DNA from: Candidatus Saccharimonadia bacterium
GTDB lineage: Bacteria; Patescibacteriota; Saccharimonadia; Saccharimonadales; JALRHH01
Assembly (NCBI GenBank): GCA_023253175.1
Contig: JALRHH010000002.1
Span: 256,199 to 320,198 of the forward strand
Length of the DNA: 64,000 nt
Direction of reading: 5' to 3'
Part shown: one piece after another, positions 18,667 through 27,898 of the stretch
How positions within the stretch are numbered: position 1 is the stretch's first letter
Layout: every line of letters starts with the position of its first letter
Translations under genes and position numbers: made by a program
Notes under the pieces: model-generated
What the model was told of the DNA's origin: nothing
Seen by the model: only the letters and a program-made list of their open reading frames with translations
Database searches by the model: none

Positions 18667-19110
18667 ATGGCGTTATTCAAACGAAAAAAGTCAGAATCAG
18701 TAATGCCCGAAGAGGTGCAGAATTTTTACGCGGCTGAACGACGCCAGCGCAAGGGTACCGCATGGCTTTTGGCTATCGTGACACTACTTGTAACATTCTT
18801 AATTGCATCTGCATTATTCTTTGGTGGCCGCTGGATTTACCGTGCTATTTTCGATAATGACGACAAAGCATCAACATCTCAGAACGAGTCTATTGACGAC
18901 CAAAAGTCACAGGAAAAGACTGATTCAGAGACTGCGCCGAGCAGCTCTACGACTTCACAAACACCATCCTCTGGCTCGTCATCAAACCAGAACAGTAGCA
19001 GCTCATCAAGTACTAATAATGCAGCTAATTCTGGTTCTACGGCGCAGAATGTGCCAGCGGCCGGCCCGAGCGAGCTCGTGAACACTGGTCCTGGCGACGA
19101 AAACTGGTAA
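18667..19110 (+). CDS. Single-pass membrane protein with Ser-rich extracellular tail
   Basis: TM helix WLLAIVTLLVTFLIASALFFGG, poly-Ser/Thr linker, ends LVNTGPGDENW. Confidence 0.75.
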   Translation: MALFKRKKSESVMPEEVQNFYAAERRQRKGTAWLLAIVTLLVTFLIASALFFGGRWIYRAIFDNDDKASTSQNESIDDQKSQEKTDSETAPSSSTTSQTPSSGSSSNQNSSSSSSTNNAANSGSTAQNVPAAGPSELVNTGPGDENW

Positions 19111-19130
19111 GCGGTTGATATTTTCTATAG

Positions 19131-19160
19131 AAAACGGCAGTGAAAAATCTGCCGTTTTTT
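19131..19160 (+). terminator. Intrinsic terminator
   Basis: aaaacggcag-tgaaaaat-ctgccgtttttt. Confidence 0.8.
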
Positions 19161-19280
19161 GTGACGCAGCTCACAGCAATTGTCCAGATAAGCGCTGTAC
19201 AATAAGAGCAAACTGAGGGGGAGATTAGCTAAAGCAAGGACGATAGGTCGATATATAGGGATAAATCAAGGGGGTACTTC

Positions 19281-19646
19281 ATGAATCCAATCAGCCGACA
19301 AGATGTTCAGAACATCGTCGACATTTCACGAAACAGAATCATGGAGCGAATGGTTACAAAGCAAGATGTAGCAATGGTATCTGAGGCGCTTAAGAACTTA
19401 TTGACGCTCAGCCAACAGAATCAGCAGCTCCTGAGGCAGTCCGAACAGCAACGCATGTTGCTGGCAAGACGAGTGGCGACACTGGAAGGCAGGCTGGCTA
19501 ATTTTGAGAATGAGATGCGGGCTACCACGAACACAATTCTTAAGACGGCAGGTCAGCGACCGCAAATTGTAATGCCAGCGCCACAGCCAGAAGAGCTGCC
19601 GCAAAAGCCACAAGCGCAGTACGCATCATATTATCGACCTGCATAA
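19281..19646 (+). CDS. Hypothetical coiled-coil protein
   Basis: Heptad Q/L-rich helix; AAGGGGG SD. Confidence 0.65.
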   Translation: MNPISRQDVQNIVDISRNRIMERMVTKQDVAMVSEALKNLLTLSQQNQQLLRQSEQQRMLLARRVATLEGRLANFENEMRATTNTILKTAGQRPQIVMPAPQPEELPQKPQAQYASYYRPA

Positions 19647-19674
19647 AAAGAACCGGAATTACCCGGTTCTTTTT
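19645..19674. terminator. Bidirectional intrinsic terminator
   Basis: aaaaagaaccgg-aattac-ccggttcttttt. Confidence 0.85.
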
Positions 19675-19692
19675 CGAATATAACAGTATGTG

Positions 19693-19720
19693 TTAGTTGT
19701 GATGCTGCTGCGTGAAGTAG
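19693..19720 (-). repeat. Relic duplicate of the 3' end of the gene at 19795-20229
   Basis: 18 bp identical to 19805-19822; encodes YFTQQHHN* versus YFTQQHHS*. Confidence 0.85.
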
Positions 19721-19726
19721 CTCTTT

Positions 19727-19795
19727 ATGAGAGGGGAGTATCCCCTCTCATCGCGCAGGGCGCGGAATAAATCCGCGCATCTGGCTGCTCTCCCC
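19727..19795. repeat. Dispersed two-hairpin element, family A copy 2
   Basis: ATGAGagggga-gta-tcccctCTCAT-CGCGCAGG-[gcgcgga ataaa tccgcgc]-atc-TGGCTGCTCT. Confidence 0.75.
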
Positions 19796-20229
19796 TATGA
19801 ATGGTGCTGCTGCGTGAAGTAGTTTATTTCATTGATGATGTCGAGAAGCGCCTGTGCACGGTTCTTGTCATCTTCGATGGCCTTGGCTGCCTCGTAGGCT
19901 TCACGAAGTAAGCTCTGATCATCTGAGGCTTGGATCATCATCATCGTAGTGCGGAATTTTTCCTCTGGTGACTGTTCGAGGTGTCCAACGAGCGGGCTGA
20001 GCGCCTGTAGGGCTTCTTGCTTAATGTCGAGAAGTTCATCCGAACCATTAACAGGTACTGCGGTGGGTTCGGTTACCGGTGCCGAAGCAGCAGTGTCATC
20101 GGCTACTGGTGCTGTAGTCGGCTGAGCGCCGTCTTGATTAACTGGGCCTGCAGATCCAGGTGCTGGGCTGCCGAAACCGCCTTGTGAAAAGAAGTCACTT
20201 GCCGCATCATTAATGTCTTGTCCGAACAT
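19795..20229 (-). CDS. Hypothetical protein (disordered N-terminus, helical C-domain)
   Basis: GAGGAGGTGG SD; helical C-terminus LLDIKQEALQAL...ALLDIINEINYF. Confidence 0.8.
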   Translation of the reverse strand: MFGQDINDAASDFFSQGGFGSPAPGSAGPVNQDGAQPTTAPVADDTAASAPVTEPTAVPVNGSDELLDIKQEALQALSPLVGHLEQSPEEKFRTTMMMIQASDDQSLLREAYEAAKAIEDDKNRAQALLDIINEINYFTQQHHS

Positions 20230-20355
20230 CCCACCTCCTCGGATTTAGAGTTATCAAATTCTATGCATACAGCATAAGCGTTTTTTACAATTTGGGCAAG
20301 CCTGGTGGCCCGCTATAATAAGATGTAATGTTGATAAACGTAAGGATACTAATAA

Positions 20356-21390
20356 ATGCTCGATGATCTTAAAAACATTCATGAACGTGATGCCCAGGAT
20401 GCGCTTGGGATAGCCGAGAAGCAGGCAGCCCAGCTAACGCAGGAATTTACGTTGTCGGGTAATACGAGTTTCGGGGACATTCAGAATGTTGTGTACGCCG
20501 GCATGGGCGGCTCTGCACTCGCGGCGCTACTGATCCATACCTGGCCTAGGTTGTCCTTGCCGTTTGAAGTGGCTCGTGATTACGATCTTCCGCAGTATGT
20601 CGGTCCGCAGACATTGGTGATCGCGGCAAGTTACTCTGGCAACACAGAGGAGACATTGAGTGCGCTTGAGCAGGCAGAAGCAAAGGGCGCACAGATTGCG
20701 GTGATCGCCGGTGGTGGCAAGTTGCAGGAAAAGGCGGAACAAAAAGGGTACCTTTACGGCGTACTGCCAAAGGTAGTGCAGCCACGATATGCGGTTCTTT
20801 CTAACTACAAGCTGCTCCTTGATATTCTGAGAGCTACTGGTGTGCTTACTAATGAGGTACACCCTGAACTTGCACGTGCTTCTGCGGTTCTTGATACTGC
20901 CATTAAGTCATGGGTTCCGACTGTCCCCACAAAGGCCAATCAGGCTAAACAGCTCGCACTTGAGGCGCTTGGAAAATCGATTGTTGTGTATGGTGGTCCA
21001 AAATTGTATCCAGCTGCCTATAAATGGAAAATTAGCTTTAATGAGAATGCAAAACAGGTAGCATGGGCAGGACAGTACCCCGAGTTTAATCACAATGAAT
21101 TCATTGGCTGGAGCAAGCAACCCGTTGACAAGCCATATCTTGTGATTGATCTCCGAAGTAATTTAGAGCACGAGCGAGTACAGAAACGTTTTGAGGTGAG
21201 TGAGCGACTACTATCAGGTATGCGTCCGAGTCCAGAAATTATCGAAGCAAAGGGAGAGACGATCCTTGATCAGTTGCTTTGGACGATTGCGCTTGGGGAT
21301 TTTGTGTCACTGTATACCGGTATCGCAAACGGCCTCAACCCAGCACCGGTTGATCTCGTAGAGAAGTTTAAGAAAGAACTAAGTATATAA
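20356..21390 (+). CDS. Bifunctional phosphoglucose/phosphomannose isomerase (SIS, PGI/PMI)
   Basis: GMGGSA, SYSGNTEET, QPR, NENAK, PEFNHNE. Confidence 0.92.
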   Translation: MLDDLKNIHERDAQDALGIAEKQAAQLTQEFTLSGNTSFGDIQNVVYAGMGGSALAALLIHTWPRLSLPFEVARDYDLPQYVGPQTLVIAASYSGNTEETLSALEQAEAKGAQIAVIAGGGKLQEKAEQKGYLYGVLPKVVQPRYAVLSNYKLLLDILRATGVLTNEVHPELARASAVLDTAIKSWVPTVPTKANQAKQLALEALGKSIVVYGGPKLYPAAYKWKISFNENAKQVAWAGQYPEFNHNEFIGWSKQPVDKPYLVIDLRSNLEHERVQKRFEVSERLLSGMRPSPEIIEAKGETILDQLLWTIALGDFVSLYTGIANGLNPAPVDLVEKFKKELSI

Positions 21391-21825
21391 ATGACTTCTG
21401 CGCCGTATTTTGATCCGACTGGCTTTACAAACGAAGAGTATATCAAAAGAGTTGAAAAGCCATGGGGGTATGAGCTGCACTGGGTTCCGGAGGGGTTGCC
21501 GTACATGGGAAAGCTACTACACATATATGAAGGCAAACGTCTGAGTATGCAGGTTCACGATGAGAAGCAGGAAGCATACTTCCTAATAAAGGGCCGCGCT
21601 AAGATTATTTGGGATAACAATAATGGTGAGTTAATTGAGACAGAACTAAAACCATTTGTTGGATATCGAACCTTTATAGGGCAACGGCATCGTCTTTGTG
21701 CAATAACAGACTGTGATATCATCGAATCTTCTACGCCGGAAAGCGGTACTACATATCGTCTGGAGGATGATTTTGCCCGACCAGATGAAACACCTGAGCA
21801 GCGTATGAAAGAGAGGGCAATGTAG
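21391..21825 (+). CDS. Cupin-domain protein (mannose-6-phosphate isomerase-like)
   Basis: VEKPWGYE, RLSMQVH..K.E, HRL, RLEDDFAR. Confidence 0.8.
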   Translation: MTSAPYFDPTGFTNEEYIKRVEKPWGYELHWVPEGLPYMGKLLHIYEGKRLSMQVHDEKQEAYFLIKGRAKIIWDNNNGELIETELKPFVGYRTFIGQRHRLCAITDCDIIESSTPESGTTYRLEDDFARPDETPEQRMKERAM

Positions 21826-21827
21826 GT

Positions 21828-22565
21828 ATGGGCACGGATTCAAATATCGCGCAGCTTGGCTCTGTCTTGGGGGTCTGGGCGCATCCTGACGATGAAACAT
21901 TTATGGTTGGCGGCTTATTATCTATGGCAGCCGCAAATGGGCAGCGCGTAGCTTGCGTTACTGCAACAAAAGGTGAGGCGGGCGTGCAGGATGCGCTGCG
22001 TTGGCCAGCCGAAACCCTCGGTGAAACGCGCGCCAAAGAATTGACGAACGCGCTGGAGATACTCGGCGTCGGTACCCATCAGTGGCTTGGATATGCGGAT
22101 GGCGGCTGTGCGGCGGTCTCGGCCGATGAGGCAGTTTCTCGCCTTGTAGAAATTATTAATGCGTTTAAGCCTGATAGCATCATTACCTTTCCGCCGGATG
22201 GGCTGACGGGGCATGATGATCACCGGGCTGTATCTGCCTGGACTTTAGCTGCAGCGGCGCAATTGGAAGGTCAGCCAAAGGTTTGGTACGCTGTGCATAC
22301 TGAAGAGGTCTACGATGCTGCATTTAAGAGTATTCATGACAGCATGAACGTATACTTCAATATTGATGTGCCAAAGTTCGTGCCCGAGTCAATTTGTGAT
22401 ATAACCCTAGAATTACCAGATGAAGTGCTGGATAAAAAACTACGTGCACTCAAGGCTATGCCATCGCAGTACGAGGCATTCTTTAACGGAATTAGTCCGC
22501 AGGATGCAGAGCTAGCATTTCAGCTAGAGGGCCTTGTTCTGGTCTCTAGATGGGAAGCTCTTTAA
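21828..22565 (+). CDS. PIG-L/LmbE family deacetylase
   Basis: WAHPDDE, ATKGEAG, GHDDH motifs. Confidence 0.9.
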   Translation: MGTDSNIAQLGSVLGVWAHPDDETFMVGGLLSMAAANGQRVACVTATKGEAGVQDALRWPAETLGETRAKELTNALEILGVGTHQWLGYADGGCAAVSADEAVSRLVEIINAFKPDSIITFPPDGLTGHDDHRAVSAWTLAAAAQLEGQPKVWYAVHTEEVYDAAFKSIHDSMNVYFNIDVPKFVPESICDITLELPDEVLDKKLRALKAMPSQYEAFFNGISPQDAELAFQLEGLVLVSRWEAL

Positions 22566-23073
22566 GCCCTAACAGGTATCCGATATAGCTCGAAAGCAGA
22601 TGTAGCCCAAAATAGAGTGCAAGTACCCAAGCGGCCACCCAGAACGGCACGATCGTTACGGGAAGCGTAAAGAGTAGTCCGCCAATAATATAGTCAGTTT
22701 GATCGAAAGGGAACCATGGCTTTCCTGACGGGATGCCACGTTGCCGCTTGAAAAAGCTCTCAACCGCATCGCCGGCCAGGGCACCAAAGCTCATGCTTGC
22801 CGCAAGCAGTGTAAACAGAACCGTATCATAGTCAGTGAAGTATGTCTGGCTGAGGATATAACCCGTCAGTGTTCCAAGCACTACACCGCTCAGGAGGCCT
22901 CGCCAAGTTTTGTTTTTGCCAAAAACACGCTGACCACGATAGCTTTTACCGAAGTCTAGTGGTGTATTCCAGTTTTTAACATAGGGGATCTTGCTACTAA
23001 ATACTGGCGTCATGTTTGATATTCCAGCGGGCAGGAAGAAGAGCAGTGCGAAAATAATGTTATCTATATTCAT
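22546..23073 (-). CDS. CDP-archaeol synthase-like (CarS/DUF46) CTP transferase
   Basis: NMTPV, PLDFGK, GKNKTWRG, GDAVESFFKRQ, PFDQTD; multi-TM. Confidence 0.85.
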   Translation of the reverse strand: MNIDNIIFALLFFLPAGISNMTPVFSSKIPYVKNWNTPLDFGKSYRGQRVFGKNKTWRGLLSGVVLGTLTGYILSQTYFTDYDTVLFTLLAASMSFGALAGDAVESFFKRQRGIPSGKPWFPFDQTDYIIGGLLFTLPVTIVPFWVAAWVLALYFGLHLLSSYIGYLLGLKELPI

Positions 23074-23720
23074 GATTTTCTCAATTTCTTACGGAGCTTG
23101 TGATACTTGGGGTAGAGCAGGGTGCGGGCACCGGGTCGTCCGGTGTGATGGGTCGCCCGTGACAAGAGTGCGACGAGGTTTTCTCTGGTTGGCATTTCAG
23201 GCAGCGAACTGTATGTCTTGCCGAGGCCAAGGCTCCCGTGTGCATCGCTGCTGGCTGCCCCGATAACGTTATTAAGCCGCGACCAAACCACGGTCTGGCT
23301 GCTGCGATTTTGTAGGAACGCGCGGCCATTACAGATTTCAATGATGTCGATTTTATCGGCAATTTCTTCAAGAACCTGCGGTGAGAGGCCGCTTCTAATT
23401 GTTTCAAATGGATGCGGTACATAGACGATGCCGTCCTGTGCCTTAATCTGTTCAATTGTTTCGGCTGGCGAGAGGCCGCTCGGAATTGTTTCGGTGAGGT
23501 ACAATCCAATGATTTCTCCACGCGTGGTCATAATCTCTTCGCCTACGATGATCTTATCGCCCAGCTGCTGCTGCATGTGCAGCGCAAATTCAGTTGTGTT
23601 GTGATCTGTGATGGCGATAGCGTCAAGCTTGCCGCTATTTAGTGCCTGTTCATATTGCAGGGCAGTGATACCTCCATCAGGGGAAGCTATAGAGTGCGTG
23701 TGAAAATCAACCTTAAACAT
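23070..23720 (-). CDS. PHP domain phosphoesterase
   Basis: DFHTHS, AITDHN, PHP, SDAH. Confidence 0.9.
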   Translation of the reverse strand: MFKVDFHTHSIASPDGGITALQYEQALNSGKLDAIAITDHNTTEFALHMQQQLGDKIIVGEEIMTTRGEIIGLYLTETIPSGLSPAETIEQIKAQDGIVYVPHPFETIRSGLSPQVLEEIADKIDIIEICNGRAFLQNRSSQTVVWSRLNNVIGAASSDAHGSLGLGKTYSSLPEMPTRENLVALLSRATHHTGRPGARTLLYPKYHKLRKKLRKS

Positions 23721-23829
23721 AGTTTCTCGCGTGCCAAGTACGGATGTATTTGTATTGTTTCATTACGGACATTATATCAGGAGTGGACCGCGAGGGGATC
23801 TTGATGTCAGTTCATAGTACAATAAGAGT

Positions 23830-24591
23830 ATGAAAACCACCCATACAGCGCCCCGCGCCCGGGAAAACCGTCGGTGGTCAATGACTACCAGATATTCTCA
23901 GTCAAAAGAGGTGGTGAGTTTCTTTAAGACGAGTAGTTTCAACCGCATTTTTGCGCTACTACTTGTTACAAACACAGCGAGCGTGCTCCTGTTCCTGTTT
24001 CGCCTCCTGGAAGCAGACAATTTCAGATACTGGTTTATGCTATGGAACCTGATGCTTGCATGGGCCGCGCCGTTTATTGCGCTGTGGTTGGTTCGCCGCT
24101 TGCAGTACGTATCATGGAAACATTGGTCAAATATTGGGCTTACTCTGGCATGGCTACTCTTTTTACCGAATAGTTTTTATATGGTGAGTGATCTGATTCA
24201 TGTTCGGCAGACAGGCGAGGTGAGCATTATCTTTGATGCAGTATTGTTTAGCTCGTTTATTTTTAACGGCTTTATTGCCGGCTATATTGGCACGTATCTG
24301 ATCCACCGAGAACTAAACAGGCGACTAGCTGCCATCAAGGCTTATGCGCTTGTCGGCGCTGTGTTTGTGCTCTGTAGCTACGCAATCTATTTAGGTAGAA
24401 TACTGCGCTGGAATACCTGGGATGCACTGTTCCAGCCGGCGGCACTTTTGTTCGATATCTCAGACACGATTATTAGACCAGTAGAGCACGCCCAGGCTTA
24501 TGTGATTACGGGCTCATTTACGCTATTAATCAGTGTATTTTATCTACTCGCGTACGAGCTGCTGCATACTATTCGTTCCTCAAGCAAGTAA
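23830..24591 (+). CDS. DUF1361 family membrane protein
   Basis: WNLMLAW, WLLFLPNSFYMVSDLIH, IYLGRILRWNTWD. Confidence 0.85.
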   Translation: MKTTHTAPRARENRRWSMTTRYSQSKEVVSFFKTSSFNRIFALLLVTNTASVLLFLFRLLEADNFRYWFMLWNLMLAWAAPFIALWLVRRLQYVSWKHWSNIGLTLAWLLFLPNSFYMVSDLIHVRQTGEVSIIFDAVLFSSFIFNGFIAGYIGTYLIHRELNRRLAAIKAYALVGAVFVLCSYAIYLGRILRWNTWDALFQPAALLFDISDTIIRPVEHAQAYVITGSFTLLISVFYLLAYELLHTIRSSSK

Positions 24592-24635
24592 ACGCTGATG
24601 TAATCTGTCGTCACCTCTGGTAGAATAGGGGTGAT

Positions 24636-26303
24636 ATGCAGGAAATTTCAAACCTAATCCAACATGCGGTAAAAGAGTTGTTCGATATTGACGTGGGCGT
24701 AGTTCTGACGCGTCCGGATGAACAATTTGGTGACTATGCATCAAACATTGCGCTACAACTATCAAAGCAGGTTGGCAAAAATCCGCGTGAAATAGCCGAT
24801 CAAATAGCTGTGAAAATTCGTGAAGACTCCGTGAAAACTGTGAAAAGTATTGATATCGCTGCCCCAGGTTTCCTGAACATCACACTGTCCGATGATGCGC
24901 TCATTTCTGGTCTAAACTACGACCTTAGGCAGATAAAGCAGTATGATGCAGTGCTGCTTGAATATTCTTGTCCAAATGCGTTCAAGGAATTGCACACGGG
25001 CCATCTGTACCAGACGATCGTTGGCGACGCTATGGGGCGCATTCTTGAGGCAACCGGATCTAAAGTATTCCGTGCAAACTTTGGCGGTGATGTCGGCCTG
25101 CACGTAGCGAAGTGCCTCTACGGTATTCTCCAGGAACTTGGTGGTGAATATCCAGAAAAACTGGACGAGGTAGACCAATCAAGCAGGGCACAGTGGATTA
25201 GTGCAAGATATGTTGCAGGTGCTAGTGCTTACGAGGAAGACGAATCTGCCAAATCGACGATTACAGACATAAACACGAAAATTTATGCGTTCCACACAGA
25301 GAATGATCATGACAGTCCACTCGCACAAATATATTGGACCTGCAGAGAATGGAGTTACGACTACTTCAAGAATTTCTACGAAAAGATAAAAGTAGCGCCA
25401 TTTGATAAGTACTACCCAGAAAGTAGTACGACGAACCCTGGGTTGGAGCTTGTACGTCAGAACATCGGCCCAGTATTTACCGAGAGTGATGGGGCCGTGG
25501 TATTCGATGGCGAAAAGTCAGGGCTGCATACACGCGTATTTATTACTTCAAAGGGCTTGCCGACATACGAAGCCAAAGACCTTGGCGTTATCGTTACTGA
25601 ATCAGCTGATTTTGCCTACGATAGGCGCGTTATTATGACTGGTAATGACCAGACGGAGTATATGAAAGTTGTATTTGCGGCACTTGGCGAGATTGACGCG
25701 GACCTAGCTGCCAAGCAGACGCATTTTGCTAACGGGACTATTAGGTTTGGCAGTGGTCAGAAGATGAGCTCAAGGCTCGGTAATGTAACCCGTGCGGTTG
25801 AGGTTATTGATGAGATCGACCGCGTTGTTGCAGAGCAGAATCCGGATGCCGATCACTACAATACGGCGCTTGCGGCAATTAAGTATTCGTTCCTGAAGCA
25901 CCGTTTGGGTGGTGATATCGCCTTTGATATCAATGAGTCAGTTAGCCTTGAAGGTAATAGTGGTCCTTACTTGCAGTATGCACATGCGCGTGCCCGAAGT
26001 ATCCTTGGTAAGACCGCCTCGACCGCAAGACAGCCCGAGACACTTGAAGAGGGCGAGAGAAGTCTGGCCAGGAAAGTTAATGAGTTCCAGGAAATTGTCG
26101 CTAAGGCGGCCCATGATTTTATGCCACACCATATCAGTGGATACTTGTATGAGCTATCTCAGAGCTTTAATAGATTTTATGAACACAACCGCGTCATCGG
26201 TGATCCACGTGAAGCGGAGCGTCTTTACCTCGTTCAACAGTACGCTGATACTCTGAAAGAGGGCCTCGGCCTCCTCGGTATCCACGCGCCAGATAGCATG
26301 TAG
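24636..26303 (+). CDS. argS: Arginine--tRNA ligase
   Basis: FGDYASN, PNAFKELHTGH, KMSSR, GNSGPYLQYAHAR. Confidence 0.97.
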   Translation: MQEISNLIQHAVKELFDIDVGVVLTRPDEQFGDYASNIALQLSKQVGKNPREIADQIAVKIREDSVKTVKSIDIAAPGFLNITLSDDALISGLNYDLRQIKQYDAVLLEYSCPNAFKELHTGHLYQTIVGDAMGRILEATGSKVFRANFGGDVGLHVAKCLYGILQELGGEYPEKLDEVDQSSRAQWISARYVAGASAYEEDESAKSTITDINTKIYAFHTENDHDSPLAQIYWTCREWSYDYFKNFYEKIKVAPFDKYYPESSTTNPGLELVRQNIGPVFTESDGAVVFDGEKSGLHTRVFITSKGLPTYEAKDLGVIVTESADFAYDRRVIMTGNDQTEYMKVVFAALGEIDADLAAKQTHFANGTIRFGSGQKMSSRLGNVTRAVEVIDEIDRVVAEQNPDADHYNTALAAIKYSFLKHRLGGDIAFDINESVSLEGNSGPYLQYAHARARSILGKTASTARQPETLEEGERSLARKVNEFQEIVAKAAHDFMPHHISGYLYELSQSFNRFYEHNRVIGDPREAERLYLVQQYADTLKEGLGLLGIHAPDSM

Positions 26304-26339
26304 TAGCTTTTTGCTGCGCAATCTGTAAGAATAAGCGTA

Positions 26340-27818
26340 ATGAAAAGCGCTTTAGTCCTCTATCCTCACCAACTATTCATGACCGAACATCTACCAGAAG
26401 TAGACACCGTGTTTATGGTCGAGGATCCATTATTATTTGGTCTTGATCAAGAGCACCGCATGCAGCTGCATAAGCAGAAGTTGATTCTGATGCGTGCCAG
26501 TATGCGCCGCTATGCTGAGGAAGTTTTGTGGGCAGCGGGATACAAGGTTGAATACATCGAGCTTGATGTATTTATGCAGATGCGGGATCTACTAGACAAG
26601 GTTCGTAAGTTTGACCGTACCTTTATGTTTGACCTCAGCCACGAGGCGCTCACGTCGCGGCTACTTGCGGCACGCCGTGATATGGGTGATGATGCGCCGG
26701 CTATTGAATTCTTGTCACATCCAAACTTTTACCTAAAAGAATATGAAGTGCGCCAGTATTTTGCGGAGCGGCACGTGCATCCATTTGATGAGTTTTATCA
26801 GTGGCAGCGCGAGCGCTTTAATGTGCTTCTCGAGGATTATAAGCCAGTAGGCGGCAGTTGGGTGATTGACGCTAAGCCCAAGGCGCTAGCGGGCCAGCTG
26901 CCGAGCTTTGCGGCATTTGGCGACAACAAGTGGGTGGATGAAGCGAGGGATTTTGTTGAGAAGCATTTCCCAGATAATCCAGGCAGTACTGATTTTATTT
27001 GGCCAACCAGCCACATGGAAGCGGTGAAGTGGCTGCATGATTTCGTATCGCACCGACTAGATTCGTACGGTCTCCATCAGGACCAGTTTATGAGCGATGC
27101 ACCGTGGCTGTATCACAGTGCATTGTCATCAAGCCTCAATATCGGATTACTGAGCCCCCAGCAAGTTGTGCAGGCAGCGCTGAAGCGGCATGCCGATAAG
27201 CCAGTACCCCTTGAAAGCCTCGAACCATTTATTAGAAATGTGCTTGGTCAGCGCGAATTTATGCGCGGTGTCGGTATCGTCGGAGGCAAGGCAATTCGTG
27301 AGTCAAACCCACTGAAATCTAATAGAAGGTTAACGAGTGCATGGTATGACGGCTCTACTGGAATACCGGTGTTTGATGACCTCGTGAAGAAGCTCTATGC
27401 GCGTGGATATGCTCACCACAGCGAGCGTCTACTGATTGCTGGAACGCTCATGACAATCTGTGAAATTGATCCAAGCGATATCCGTCAGTGGTTTAATGAA
27501 CTATGTATTGATACACATGACTGGGCACTTGCACCGCATGTCTACGCTCTGACACAATTTGCGGATAACGGTACGTTAGAGGGCGGTCCGTATATCTGTA
27601 CAAGCAAGACCTTGATCGATAAAAGTGACTATCAGCGTAGTGAGTGGGCGAATATTTGGGACGGCCTATACTGGCGCTTTATTGATAAACACCGTGCGGT
27701 ATTTGCGAAGAGCCCAAAGATGCGAAGTGTGGTGCAGCGACTTGATCGGCTCGATCCTAATCAAAAGCGAATTATGTACTACCGTGCCGAAGATTTCCTC
27801 CGTGCGCACACCCAATAA
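26340..27818 (+). CDS. Cryptochrome/photolyase-related protein (bacterial (6-4) photolyase-like)
   Basis: YPHQL, HKQKLILMRASMR, LYHSALSSSLNIGLL, GYAHHSERL, WDGLYWRF. Confidence 0.85.
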   Translation: MKSALVLYPHQLFMTEHLPEVDTVFMVEDPLLFGLDQEHRMQLHKQKLILMRASMRRYAEEVLWAAGYKVEYIELDVFMQMRDLLDKVRKFDRTFMFDLSHEALTSRLLAARRDMGDDAPAIEFLSHPNFYLKEYEVRQYFAERHVHPFDEFYQWQRERFNVLLEDYKPVGGSWVIDAKPKALAGQLPSFAAFGDNKWVDEARDFVEKHFPDNPGSTDFIWPTSHMEAVKWLHDFVSHRLDSYGLHQDQFMSDAPWLYHSALSSSLNIGLLSPQQVVQAALKRHADKPVPLESLEPFIRNVLGQREFMRGVGIVGGKAIRESNPLKSNRRLTSAWYDGSTGIPVFDDLVKKLYARGYAHHSERLLIAGTLMTICEIDPSDIRQWFNELCIDTHDWALAPHVYALTQFADNGTLEGGPYICTSKTLIDKSDYQRSEWANIWDGLYWRFIDKHRAVFAKSPKMRSVVQRLDRLDPNQKRIMYYRAEDFLRAHTQ

Positions 27819-27898
27819 CTTCAGCTACTTGAGCAATTGCAATTCCGGTCGTATACTAGCCCATATAAAGGGTCGGGATTAAGCATAAAGGAGTGATT

